Source: Thainema sp.
Lineage (GTDB): Bacteria; Cyanobacteriota; Cyanobacteriia; Phormidesmidales; Phormidesmidaceae
NCBI GenBank assembly: GCA_052168235.1
Contig: JBQLZK010000072.1
Coordinates: 1-30,073 of the forward strand
Direction: 5' to 3'
Length of the DNA: 30,073 bases
A program made the translations under genes and the position numbers. The notes under the pieces are model-generated. The model made no database searches. It saw only the letters and a list, made by a program, of their open reading frames with translations, and had not been told where the DNA came from. Below are positions 18,183 through 25,691 of the stretch, in pieces. Numbering within the stretch: the stretch's first letter is position 1; every line of letters begins with the position of its first letter.

Positions 18183-19970
18183 ATGAAAAAGATAGAGACA
18201 ACGCTGGGATTAACCGCCGCATTTGCCGCACTGCTAACGGTTCAGGCGGCGGCGACCGCTTCTCCTTTGCCCCTTACTGATGAACATCCCAACGAGCAAC
18301 CGCTAGATCCGGCAGAAGCAAGTGATGAGCAGTCTTCAGTTGCGATCGCAGTCGTCCAAGTCGAAACAGACGCTCAAATTGCCCAGCCGGAACAAATGGA
18401 ACAGACTTTAGCGGAACGCTCAGTTCCATCGGCTAGACCTGTTGTCACTGCTGATGTTGGTGCCGATAGCACCCCCGTCAATCAGGTAGCTGAATCGGCT
18501 GTAGAAGCAGCTAATCAGCCCAACACAGCATCAAACACTGTAGATACAGTCGTGGCTGTAGAGGAGAATGAAGCGGAGGATGGAAATCGCGATCGCAATT
18601 CCGCCGTCACTGTTGTTTCAGTCACTGAAGTTCCCGCTGCCATCGTCGTTCCTACCGAATCCACCAGCCACAGCAACCGCCAAGCTGATTCTCCAGAAAG
18701 CAGCGATCAAGCAGATTCCAACCAACCAGTCACAATACCAACACCCATCACATCCCTACCCAACTACGGCACCAACCAACCATCCAACCCATCAACCACT
18801 AATCCATCAACCATAAGCCGATCAACTACTAACCCATTAACCACTTCTCCATCAACTATCAACCCATCAACCACTAACCAACCCATCACCATCGCCTCCG
18901 AACCCACCAACGAAGAACTACAGCAGCGCCTGCAAGAGCTGGAAAGCCAGCAGCAAGAGCTAGAGCAGGAACTACAAAACCTGCGGCAACAGATCAACGA
19001 CCCGGCTAATCGACCTAGTGTTACCCAGACTGATCCCAATACAGAGACAGCTATTAATCGCAGCGTTGATCGACCTCAAAGTATTGAAATCTCTACAGAA
19101 GTGCTGTTCTTGGAACCCAACACCAGTCAGCCCCAGGATTTCGCCATTGTCGATCCAGGTACAGCCCTATTTGCTGGTGGAGAAGTCGTTGCACCGGAAT
19201 ATGATCGCGATACTGCGATCCGCATTGGAGCCAACTATCATCTACCGGACAGCCGCGTCGATATCGGCGTCACCCATACAACCTTGAGCAGTTCCGGCTC
19301 ACTAGCGGTTGAGCGCGACCCCAATGGATTTCTGTTGTCAACGCTGGCTGCTCCGGTACAGAACGAAAACGCCGACACCGCTAGCTCTGAGATTGATTTA
19401 AACCATGCTGTCACCGATGTGGAAGTGGGCTATGCTGTGACCGATAGCGATCGCTTAGATGCAAGGCTATTTGGTGGTTTACGCTTTGCTGATATCCATC
19501 AAGACAATGTGGTTCGCTATGACGGACGCGACTTCACCAACACGGAAATTCAGATTGCTCGCGACTTTACGGGCTATGGCTTACGGGCTGGTGGTGAAGC
19601 ACATCTTAACTTCGGTGGTGACGTCAGCTTATTTGGTCGAGCCGCAGGGTCTTTACTGGTCGGGAATTTTGACTCCCGGCTGCAAGAAACCGACAACAAT
19701 GGAGCCGATTTAATCGTGGCGCTAGAACGGAGCGCAGATGAGCGGGTTGTTCCGGTTGTCGAAGTTGCTGCTGGTTTACAGTGGCAGCCGAGCATTGGTG
19801 ACAATGCCAACCTTACTTTTGCCGCAGGCTATGAGCTGCAAAACTGGTTCAACGTTGCCGATACCACTCGCTTTGTCGATAACTCCGGCACAGGCGTGAT
19901 CACTCAAGATGAAGGCGATTTGAGCCTAGAAGGATTCTTCGTTCGCCTGGGGGTTGAGTTTGCGTTTTAG
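18183..19970 (+). CDS. Outer-membrane beta-barrel protein (Lpg1974/Legionella MOMP-like or BBP7-like) with signal peptide, long disordered linker and coiled coil
   Basis: Sec signal MKKIETTLGLTAAFAALLTVQAAATA, ~220 aa of low-complexity linker, coiled coil EELQQRLQELESQQQELEQELQNLRQQI. Amphipathic strands follow (RLFGGLRFADI, GYGLRAGGEAH, SLFGRAAGSLLVG, FAAGYELQNWF), ending in a BAM-type motif GFFVRLGVEFAF. Confidence 0.8.
   Translation: MKKIETTLGLTAAFAALLTVQAAATASPLPLTDEHPNEQPLDPAEASDEQSSVAIAVVQVETDAQIAQPEQMEQTLAERSVPSARPVVTADVGADSTPVNQVAESAVEAANQPNTASNTVDTVVAVEENEAEDGNRDRNSAVTVVSVTEVPAAIVVPTESTSHSNRQADSPESSDQADSNQPVTIPTPITSLPNYGTNQPSNPSTTNPSTISRSTTNPLTTSPSTINPSTTNQPITIASEPTNEELQQRLQELESQQQELEQELQNLRQQINDPANRPSVTQTDPNTETAINRSVDRPQSIEISTEVLFLEPNTSQPQDFAIVDPGTALFAGGEVVAPEYDRDTAIRIGANYHLPDSRVDIGVTHTTLSSSGSLAVERDPNGFLLSTLAAPVQNENADTASSEIDLNHAVTDVEVGYAVTDSDRLDARLFGGLRFADIHQDNVVRYDGRDFTNTEIQIARDFTGYGLRAGGEAHLNFGGDVSLFGRAAGSLLVGNFDSRLQETDNNGADLIVALERSADERVVPVVEVAAGLQWQPSIGDNANLTFAAGYELQNWFNVADTTRFVDNSGTGVITQDEGDLSLEGFFVRLGVEFAF
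18770..18893 (+). repeat. Intragenic degenerate 15-bp tandem repeat (PSTTN) built from CCATCAA/CCACTAA heptamers
   Basis: ccatcaaccactaat ccatcaaccataagc cgatcaactactaac ccattaaccacttct ccatcaactatcaac ccatcaaccactaac. Confidence 0.75.
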
Positions 19971-20001
19971 TCGATCCTGCAACCCCCTGAATAGCTCAGA
20001 C

Positions 20002-20522
20002 CTAGCGGGCGAGCATTTTATCCAGACTCATTTCCACTGTCCTTTGCGTCCATTTGTAATAAGCCGGATCAGTGGTTTGGACTTCGGCCTTCCAGACAAA
20101 GCGGTTGCCAATGCGTTTTAACTGAGTTTCGCGGAATCGCTCGACGTTCTGAGCCGTAAGCTGCTGGGGATGAACGCCTCGTTTGATGGCAAAGTTTTCG
20201 CGGTGAATGCCAAAAGCGTCAAACCCCATTGGTTCAAAGACATCTCTGCCCTGCATGGCCATAAAGCGATCGTAGATGTCTGCCCCGGTGAAGGCGTAGT
20301 CGTTCCCGACATGCAATCCTGCAGCGGAGGGGTAGGGAAACATCATCAAGTTGTAAAAAGGCTGCTGTCTGGGAGACGCTCGGCTGGTATCGGTTTCGTA
20401 AATCTGCGTCTGCTGCCAGAGGGTTTGCCAGTGGGCTTCAATGGTGCGGTGATCGTAGGTTGCTGAAATGGTTTGGCTAGCCGGATCGATGTGATCCGGA
20501 GTTACAGGTCCCAGTCTTACAT
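20002..20522 (-). pseudogene. leuS: Truncated, frameshifted leucyl-tRNA synthetase N-terminal fragment (atypical HVGN-type)
   Basis: The minus strand reads YDHRTIEAHWQTLW...FYNLMMFPYPSAAGLHVGN...PMGFDAFGIHRENFAIK...TTDPAYYKWTQ, the class I HIGH region of LeuRS. GGAGG RBS (20530-20534), then ATG (20522) immediately followed by TAA, out of frame with the LeuRS sequence. Homology ends at ~20044. Confidence 0.88.
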
Positions 20523-20655
20523 GGTTTGTCCTCCAATTCGATTATGTGTCGCAATATTGGAACTGCGGCTACAGATTGACATACAACTTCAAAAACTAAC
20601 TTTTCGGTTATTTGAATTAGACTGAGACGATAACTGAGCGACTAGAGCACCATGA

Positions 20656-20723
20656 CAGAAACTGGGTTTCTGATTTGGCAGATCACAAAATTTATTCCGA
20701 CTTCCACAGAAACTTAGTTTTTA
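20656..20723. repeat. Two copies of the AGAAAC-NNN-GTTTCT palindrome
   Basis: CAGAAACTGGGTTTCTG at 20656-20672 and a degenerate CAGAAACTTAGTTTTTA at ~20707-20723. Confidence 0.5.
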
Positions 20724-20785
20724 GTCGCAACACACACTCACCTGACTGACACGAATCCATCTGCGACCTATGGAAACCTTAAGTC

Positions 20786-22036
20786 ATGGCCGAACCAACT
20801 GCCTCCCCAATTCGTCAGACCGTAGACGAGCTTTACCGCACCGAATCACGCCGCGTATTTGCCACCCTAGTTCGTCTGCTGGGTAATTTCGACTTAGCCG
20901 AAGAAGCCCTGCACGATGCCTTTGCCGCCGCAACGATCAAGTGGCCCCAGGAAGGCGTGCCTGCCAATCCCTATGCTTGGCTGGTTTCGACCGGACGCTT
21001 CAAAGCCATCGACACCCTGCGCCGCCGTACCCGTTTCGATGCCTCGCTGGTAGAACTGGCTGCCAAGCTCGACACTGAAACAAACTCGCTTGAAATTAAA
21101 GATGACAGCCAGGTTGAAGACGATCGCCTCCGCCTGATCTTTACCTGCTGCCACCCCGCCCTATCGCCCGAAGCTCAGGTGGCGCTGACTCTACGGGAAG
21201 TTTGTGGCCTCACCACCGAAGAAATTGCCAGCGCGTTTTTAATTTCCCCATCTACCCTGGCCCAGCGGATTGTGCGGGCCAAAGCTAAGATTCGCGATGC
21301 CGGAATTCCCTATCAGGTGCCGTCCAAGGCCGATCTGCCAGATCGATTGGAGACGGTGCTGCAAGTCATCTATCTGGTGTTTAACGAAGGCTATGCTGCC
21401 TCGTCGGGACCATCGTTGACCCGCGTTAATCTCTCTAAAGAGGCGATTCGGTTGGGGCGATTGCTGCTGGAACTCTTACCCGATACCGAAGTGATGGGTC
21501 TGCTGGCGCTGATGCTGCTCCAGGAATCGCGCCGGACAGCCCGCACCTCTCCCACAGGTGATTTGATTTTGCTGGAAGACCAGGATCGCGCTCTGTGGAA
21601 TGCTGCACAGATTGCCGAAGGTCGAGATTTGGTGCAGCAGGCCATCGCTTCCGGTGCCATTGGGGTATACACCATTCAAGCTGCGATCGCATCTATTCAT
21701 GCCGATGCTCCCAGCACTGCGGCTACTGCCTGGAACCAAATTGTCGCCTGGTATGACGTACTGGCCCAAGTCAATCCGTCTCCGATTATTGAGCTAAACC
21801 GAGCCGTTGCGATCGCAATGCGCGATGGGCCTCAGCAGGGCTTGCAGTTGGTAGACGACCTGCTGGATCAAGGCAATTTGCAAGACTACCATCTAGCCCA
21901 CGCGACTCGTGCCGACCTGTGTCGGCGGTTAGGCCAAACCGCTGCCGCTCGGGATGCGTATGAGCAAGCACTGGCACTGGTTAAGCAAGAACCGGAACGG
22001 CGCTTCCTCGAAAAACGTTTACGAGAATTAGATTGA
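20786..22036 (+). CDS. ECF sigma factor with DUF6596 and C-terminal TPR extension (ECF42 group)
   Basis: Sigma region 2 (LAEEALHDAF...WLVSTGRFKAIDTLRR), the DDRLRLIFTCCHPAL signature, region 4 (LTTEEIASAFL...LAQRIVRAK), VIYLVFNEGY and a TPR tail. DGPF genes are adjacent. Confidence 0.9.
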   Translation: MAEPTASPIRQTVDELYRTESRRVFATLVRLLGNFDLAEEALHDAFAAATIKWPQEGVPANPYAWLVSTGRFKAIDTLRRRTRFDASLVELAAKLDTETNSLEIKDDSQVEDDRLRLIFTCCHPALSPEAQVALTLREVCGLTTEEIASAFLISPSTLAQRIVRAKAKIRDAGIPYQVPSKADLPDRLETVLQVIYLVFNEGYAASSGPSLTRVNLSKEAIRLGRLLLELLPDTEVMGLLALMLLQESRRTARTSPTGDLILLEDQDRALWNAAQIAEGRDLVQQAIASGAIGVYTIQAAIASIHADAPSTAATAWNQIVAWYDVLAQVNPSPIIELNRAVAIAMRDGPQQGLQLVDDLLDQGNLQDYHLAHATRADLCRRLGQTAAARDAYEQALALVKQEPERRFLEKRLRELD

Positions 22037-22053
22037 AAAAATTTTTGCTCACC

Positions 22054-22084
22054 TGTCGATTTGCCGCTTCACCAAACGACTACT
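22054..22084 (+). promoter_or_regulatory. ECF42-type promoter 1 (TGTCGA-N17-CGAC)
   Basis: accTGTCGAtttgccgcttcaccaaaCGACtact matches the known ECF42 -35 TGTCGA / -10 CGA(C/T) motif. Confidence 0.8.
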
Positions 22085-22114
22085 GAACAAAGGAGATGAT
22101 TTCGAGCAAAGTGC

Positions 22115-22296
22115 TGATATCAAGTCTGTGTGTAAGAACCCTGTTTTTTGTGAAACTTTTGCAGAGCAAACGTTTCACAAAAAATGAATTGCATCAAATC
22201 CGTGTGTAAGAACCCTGTTTATTTTTGGTGAAATGCTTGCCAAGCAAGCATTTCACCAAAAATAAACAATGGGTTTTCCACCCGAATTGATATGAC
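22115..22296. mobile_element. Tandem pair of the palindromic MITE-like element (partial copy 2 plus copy 3)
   Basis: GTGTGTAAGAACCCTGTTT is repeated at 22128 and 22202. Hairpins at 22144-22184 and perfect 25-bp arms 22216-22240 / 22244-22268. The right end is ATGGGTTTTCCACCCGAATTGATATGAC, as in copy 1. Confidence 0.7.
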
Positions 22297-22329
22297 ATAT
22301 CGAAGAAATAGTAGGAGATTCTGCCAACC

Positions 22330-22740
22330 ATGAAATACATGTTGCTCATCTACAGTGACGAAAATGCTTGGACTGAGACTGAACAGCAAGAATGCTACGC
22401 CGAGTCGGTGCAGCTTACCCATCAGCTCCAAGCCAACGGCCAGTACCTGGGTGCGTCGCCGCTTGAGTCCGTTTCCACTGCAACCAGCGTGCGAGTACGC
22501 AATGGCAAACAGATGGTGACCGATGGCCCCTTTGCCGAAACCCGCGAACAGCTTGGTGGATACTTTTTAATCAACGCCAGAGATCTGAATGAAGCGATCA
22601 ACATCGCCGGACGTATCCCCGCTGCCCACAAAGGCACCGTCGAAATTCGCCCCATTGTAGAGCTACCCGACCTGCCGGAAGATTCTTCAAAAATTTCTGG
22701 TCAACCTGTCGATTTAGGCGCTCTCGGTTCGACTACTTAA
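22330..22740 (+). CDS. YCII-related DGPF protein
   Basis: MKYMLLIY...ATSVRVRNG...TDGPFAETREQLGGYFLI...GTVEIRP; RBS AGGAG. Confidence 0.92.
   Translation: MKYMLLIYSDENAWTETEQQECYAESVQLTHQLQANGQYLGASPLESVSTATSVRVRNGKQMVTDGPFAETREQLGGYFLINARDLNEAINIAGRIPAAHKGTVEIRPIVELPDLPEDSSKISGQPVDLGALGSTT
22707..22737 (+). promoter_or_regulatory. ECF42-type promoter 2 (TGTCGA-N17-CGAC), overlapping the 3' end of the first DGPF gene
   Basis: accTGTCGAtttaggcgctctcggttCGACtact has the same flanks and 17-nt spacer as promoter 1. Confidence 0.8.
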
Positions 22741-22773
22741 TGGAGCGAGGGTTTTGAAGTGCGGAGCGCTATG

Positions 22774-22831
22774 AATTTTGGATTTTAGATTTTGGATTTT
22801 GGATTTTGAGGACTGAGGTTGAGGACTGAGT
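22774..22831 (+). repeat. STRR-type heptamer tandem repeats (GATTTTG)n followed by (GAGGACT)n
   Basis: aattttg gatttta gattttg gattttg gattttg, then gaggact gaggtt gaggact gagt. Confidence 0.75.
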
Positions 22832-22929
22832 ACGAAACTTGCTTCTGACGCCTTACTCCTCACGCCTCTCGCCTTATTGGCTCATAGCCTCTACAGCCCT
22901 CTACAACCAACATCAACAAGGTTCAACCC

Positions 22930-23343
22930 ATGACACTAACCCCTACTCAAACCCATGCCGAAACTGAGATTCGGCAGCTAATCGACGACCATATCCGGGC
23001 AATTTGTGCCAAAAATCTCGATGAAATTATGGCTCACTATGCGCCAGAGATCGTTCTCTTTGACATGAAGCCGCCGCTCACAATCAACGGTATAGAAGCT
23101 TGCCGCCAGATGTGGACGACCAGCTTGCCCTGTATGCCGACGATTTCTGGCATGGAAACGCAGGAGCTGAAAACTACGGTCAGTGGCGATTTAGCGATCG
23201 CACATTGGATTGCCCGCTTTACTGGCATCGATCCGGCACACCCAGCGGCGCAGATGTGGCTACGGCTCACTGCGGCTTGCCAGCGACACGAAGATACCTG
23301 GCAGATTATCCATGAGCATGTCTCGGTTCCCTTCAATCCCTAA
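22930..23343 (+). CDS. SnoaL-like/NTF2 family protein (YybH-like)
   Basis: EIRQLIDD...DEIMAHYAPEIVLFD...SGDLAIAH...RLTA...WQIIHEHVSVPF. Confidence 0.88.
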   Translation: MTLTPTQTHAETEIRQLIDDHIRAICAKNLDEIMAHYAPEIVLFDMKPPLTINGIEACRQMWTTSLPCMPTISGMETQELKTTVSGDLAIAHWIARFTGIDPAHPAAQMWLRLTAACQRHEDTWQIIHEHVSVPFNP

Positions 23344-23374
23344 TCAAATCAATCATTCAACAGGAGAATTTATT

Positions 23375-23797
23375 ATGAAAGTCATGGTTTTAGTGAAAGC
23401 GACCCCTGAATCTGAAGCTGGGGTGATGCCTAGCGAAGAGATGCTGACGGAAATGGGACAGTTCAACGAAGAACTGGTCAACGCTGGGGTGATGCTGGCG
23501 GGTGAGGGACTGCATCCCAGTTCCAAAGGGGTACGAGTCCGGTTTTCAGGTCGCGATCGCACTGTTATCGATGGCCCCTTTACTGAAACCAAGGAACTAG
23601 TTGCAGGCTTTTGGCTCTGGCAGGTGGCATCGATGGCTGAAGCGATGGACTGGATTCAGCGCAGCCCCTTCCAGGACGGTGAAGTTGAAATTCGTCCCCT
23701 CTTTGAAATGGAAGACTTTGGTGAAGAGCTAACCCCAGAACTACGGGAACAGGAAGAACGTCTCCGGGTCGCAGTTGAAAAGCAAAAGAGCGCATAG
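23375..23797 (+). CDS. YCII-related DGPF protein (second paralogue)
   Basis: RBS CAGGAG before ATG 23375; MKVMVLVKAT...GEGLHPSSKGVRV...IDGPFTETKELVAGFW...EIRPLFE. Confidence 0.92.
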   Translation: MKVMVLVKATPESEAGVMPSEEMLTEMGQFNEELVNAGVMLAGEGLHPSSKGVRVRFSGRDRTVIDGPFTETKELVAGFWLWQVASMAEAMDWIQRSPFQDGEVEIRPLFEMEDFGEELTPELREQEERLRVAVEKQKSA

Positions 23798-23832
23798 TCA
23801 AGCGTTCATAGTCTGCACGAATTGTAAGGAAA

Positions 23833-24054
23833 TGAGTGCTGAGTGCTGAATGCTGAGTGCTGAGAATTTATGAATGTCTATTCGTTGAGGTGATCGGTGT
23901 TTGTTTAGCCATTTTCCAAACTTTCCTCAACAATAGCTTTTCTTCAGCATGATTTAGGGCATAAATATGTTTCAACTTGGTACATGTGAACTATAATTTT
24001 GGTGAGTAGTTCAACAAAATCTAAGAGCAAGAGCAAAACTCAGCATTCAGCACT
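23833..24054. repeat. Inverted STRR heptamer arrays, (TGAGTGC)n ... (CTCAGCA)n, flanking ~170 bp of AT-rich DNA
   Basis: tgagtgc tgagtgc tgaatgc tgagtgc tgag at 23833-23864; the complement ctcagcattcagcact at 24039-24054. Confidence 0.7.
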
Positions 24055-24121
24055 TCATAACTTCATGCTCTTAATTTGTTGAACGAAGTTTCTAACTCTT
24101 TATTTCCTCAAGGAGGATGCT

Positions 24122-24532
24122 ATGAAACTGAATCCTTATCTGAATTTCAGCGGTAATTGTGAGGCGGCATTTAAGTTTTATGAGCAGGCTTTAGGTGGCA
24201 AGTTTGCAGGCAAAATGACCTGGGGAGAATCACCCGTAGCTGCCGATGCACCGGATGGATGGCAGGACAAGATTATGCACGCTGAGCTAAATGTCGGTGA
24301 TCAAGTTCTAATGGGCGCAGATAGTCCACCGGAGTATTTTGAAACCCCTCAAGGCACGTCGGTATTGCTCAACATTGAAGAGGTTGATAAAGCCGAGCAT
24401 GTGTTTACCGCGTTGGCAGAAAACGGAACTGTCAAAATGCCAATTCAAGAAACATTTTGGGCGGCCCGATTCGGTATGTTAGTTGATCAATTTGGTACGC
24501 CTTGGATGATTAACTGCGACAAAGATACTTAG
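24122..24532 (+). CDS. VOC/glyoxalase superfamily PhnB (YjdN)-like protein
   Basis: LNPYLNFSGNCEAAFKFYEQALGG...IMHAEL...LMGAD...MPIQETFWAARFGMLVDQFGTPWMINC; RBS AGGAGG. Confidence 0.9.
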   Translation: MKLNPYLNFSGNCEAAFKFYEQALGGKFAGKMTWGESPVAADAPDGWQDKIMHAELNVGDQVLMGADSPPEYFETPQGTSVLLNIEEVDKAEHVFTALAENGTVKMPIQETFWAARFGMLVDQFGTPWMINCDKDT

Positions 24533-24602
24533 CCATCTCTTCAGACTTGATTACAGTAATCAACAGCAAAATTGTCAAATTCTGCCAACAAAAGCCAAAT
24601 TT

Positions 24603-25007
24603 ATGACCCTCGAAGAATTACAGGAAAAGCTGGCTGATATCAAGCAGTTAGTTACTAATCTGCAAACTGTGATCGCATTTGAGAAATACTACGCCGACGA
24701 CATCGTCATGATCGAAGGAGATGGTACCGTTACGACTGGAAAAGATGCCTGTCGTCAGGGTAGAGAGTTCTTTTTCAAGGAAATGCTAATCGAGTTTAGA
24801 GAGTCAACTTTAATTCGTCAAGATATTGCTGTTGCTGCCGAAGAAGACTATGACTTTGTCGTTATTTCAAATTGGTATAACGATTTCATCTTCAAGCTTA
24901 ACGATCAAGTCATTGACAACAAAAGTCACCAACTTTCGATTGGGTATTGGAAAGACGGACTTGTCGTTAAAGAGAGCTACAACTATCCCGTGATTTCGAT
25001 AGTTTAA
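24603..25007 (+). CDS. SnoaL-like/NTF2-fold protein
   Basis: AFEKYYADDIVMIE...GKDACRQ...WKDGLVVKESY pattern. Confidence 0.7.
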   Translation: MTLEELQEKLADIKQLVTNLQTVIAFEKYYADDIVMIEGDGTVTTGKDACRQGREFFFKEMLIEFRESTLIRQDIAVAAEEDYDFVVISNWYNDFIFKLNDQVIDNKSHQLSIGYWKDGLVVKESYNYPVISIV

Positions 25008-25050
25008 CTAGGCAAAGTAGTCATCAAATTAGTCATAAGGAGAAATTGAA

Positions 25051-25599
25051 ATGGAAGCGACCACAACACAACAAACAACACAGCAAATATCCGTGCAAGA
25101 GACAGGTCAAGACACCATGATGCCAGCTCAGCCCCAGAAAGAGCATGAGTGGCTACAAAAACTGGTTGGTGAGTGGACGTATGAATCGGAAGCAATCATG
25201 GGGCCTGATCAGCCCACAGAGACTTTTTCGGGTAGTGAAAAAGTGAGATCGCTAAATGGCCTCTGGGTGATTGCAGAAGGTGAGGGTGAAATGTGTGCTG
25301 GCGGCGATATGACCTCCATCATGACCCTTGGCTACGATCCGCAAAAGCAAGGCTACGTCGGCACGTGGATCGGATCAATGATGACCTATCTATGGGTGTA
25401 TGATGGCGAAATGGATGCCGCTGAGCGAGTGCTAACCCTTAAGGCTGAAGGCCCTGCCATGACTGGCACTGGCATGGCTCAGTACAAAGATGTAATCGAG
25501 CTCAAAAGCGATGATCATCGGGTGCTAACCTCTCACATCTTGGGTGATGATGGCCAGTGGCACCAGTTTGTCACCACCACATATCGACGCAAGGCATAG
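25051..25599 (+). CDS. DUF1579 domain protein
   Basis: PQKEHEWLQKLVGEWTYE...LGYDPQKQGYVGTWIGSM...YRR; RBS AAGGAG. Confidence 0.85.
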   Translation: MEATTTQQTTQQISVQETGQDTMMPAQPQKEHEWLQKLVGEWTYESEAIMGPDQPTETFSGSEKVRSLNGLWVIAEGEGEMCAGGDMTSIMTLGYDPQKQGYVGTWIGSMMTYLWVYDGEMDAAERVLTLKAEGPAMTGTGMAQYKDVIELKSDDHRVLTSHILGDDGQWHQFVTTTYRRKA

Positions 25600-25619
25600 C
25601 AAAAATCGCAATTTTAGTA

Positions 25620-25670
25620 AGTTGATACTGCCGCTATACAGCGGCAGTATCAACTCTTTGCTTTTGTTTT
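25620..25670 (+). terminator. Perfect 16-bp hairpin followed by a T-rich tract (intrinsic terminator or REP-like)
   Basis: AGTTGATACTGCCGCT-atac-AGCGGCAGTATCAACT, then ctttgcttttgtttt. Confidence 0.65.
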
Positions 25671-25691
25671 GAAAACGGAACGTATGAACAA

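Noticed and set aside
20523..20785. T-box leader for leuS, or an autoregulatory ECF42 promoter for the sigma gene
   Set aside because: There is no T-box consensus. TGTCGC (20547) and TGACTG...CGAC (~20743) lack the correct motif and 17-nt spacing.
22096..22209. 37-codon ORF after AAGGAG
   Set aside because: The RBS abuts the ATG with no spacer, and the ORF runs through the palindromic element.
22115..22296. Possible mini-CRISPR (19-bp direct repeat, 74-bp period)
   Set aside because: There are only two units, the 'spacers' are homologous hairpins, and no cas genes are present. A tandem palindromic element explains it better.
23210..23374. N-terminal extension of the second DGPF ORF
   Set aside because: It overlaps the SnoaL gene. 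ATG 23375 has an RBS and matches the family start.
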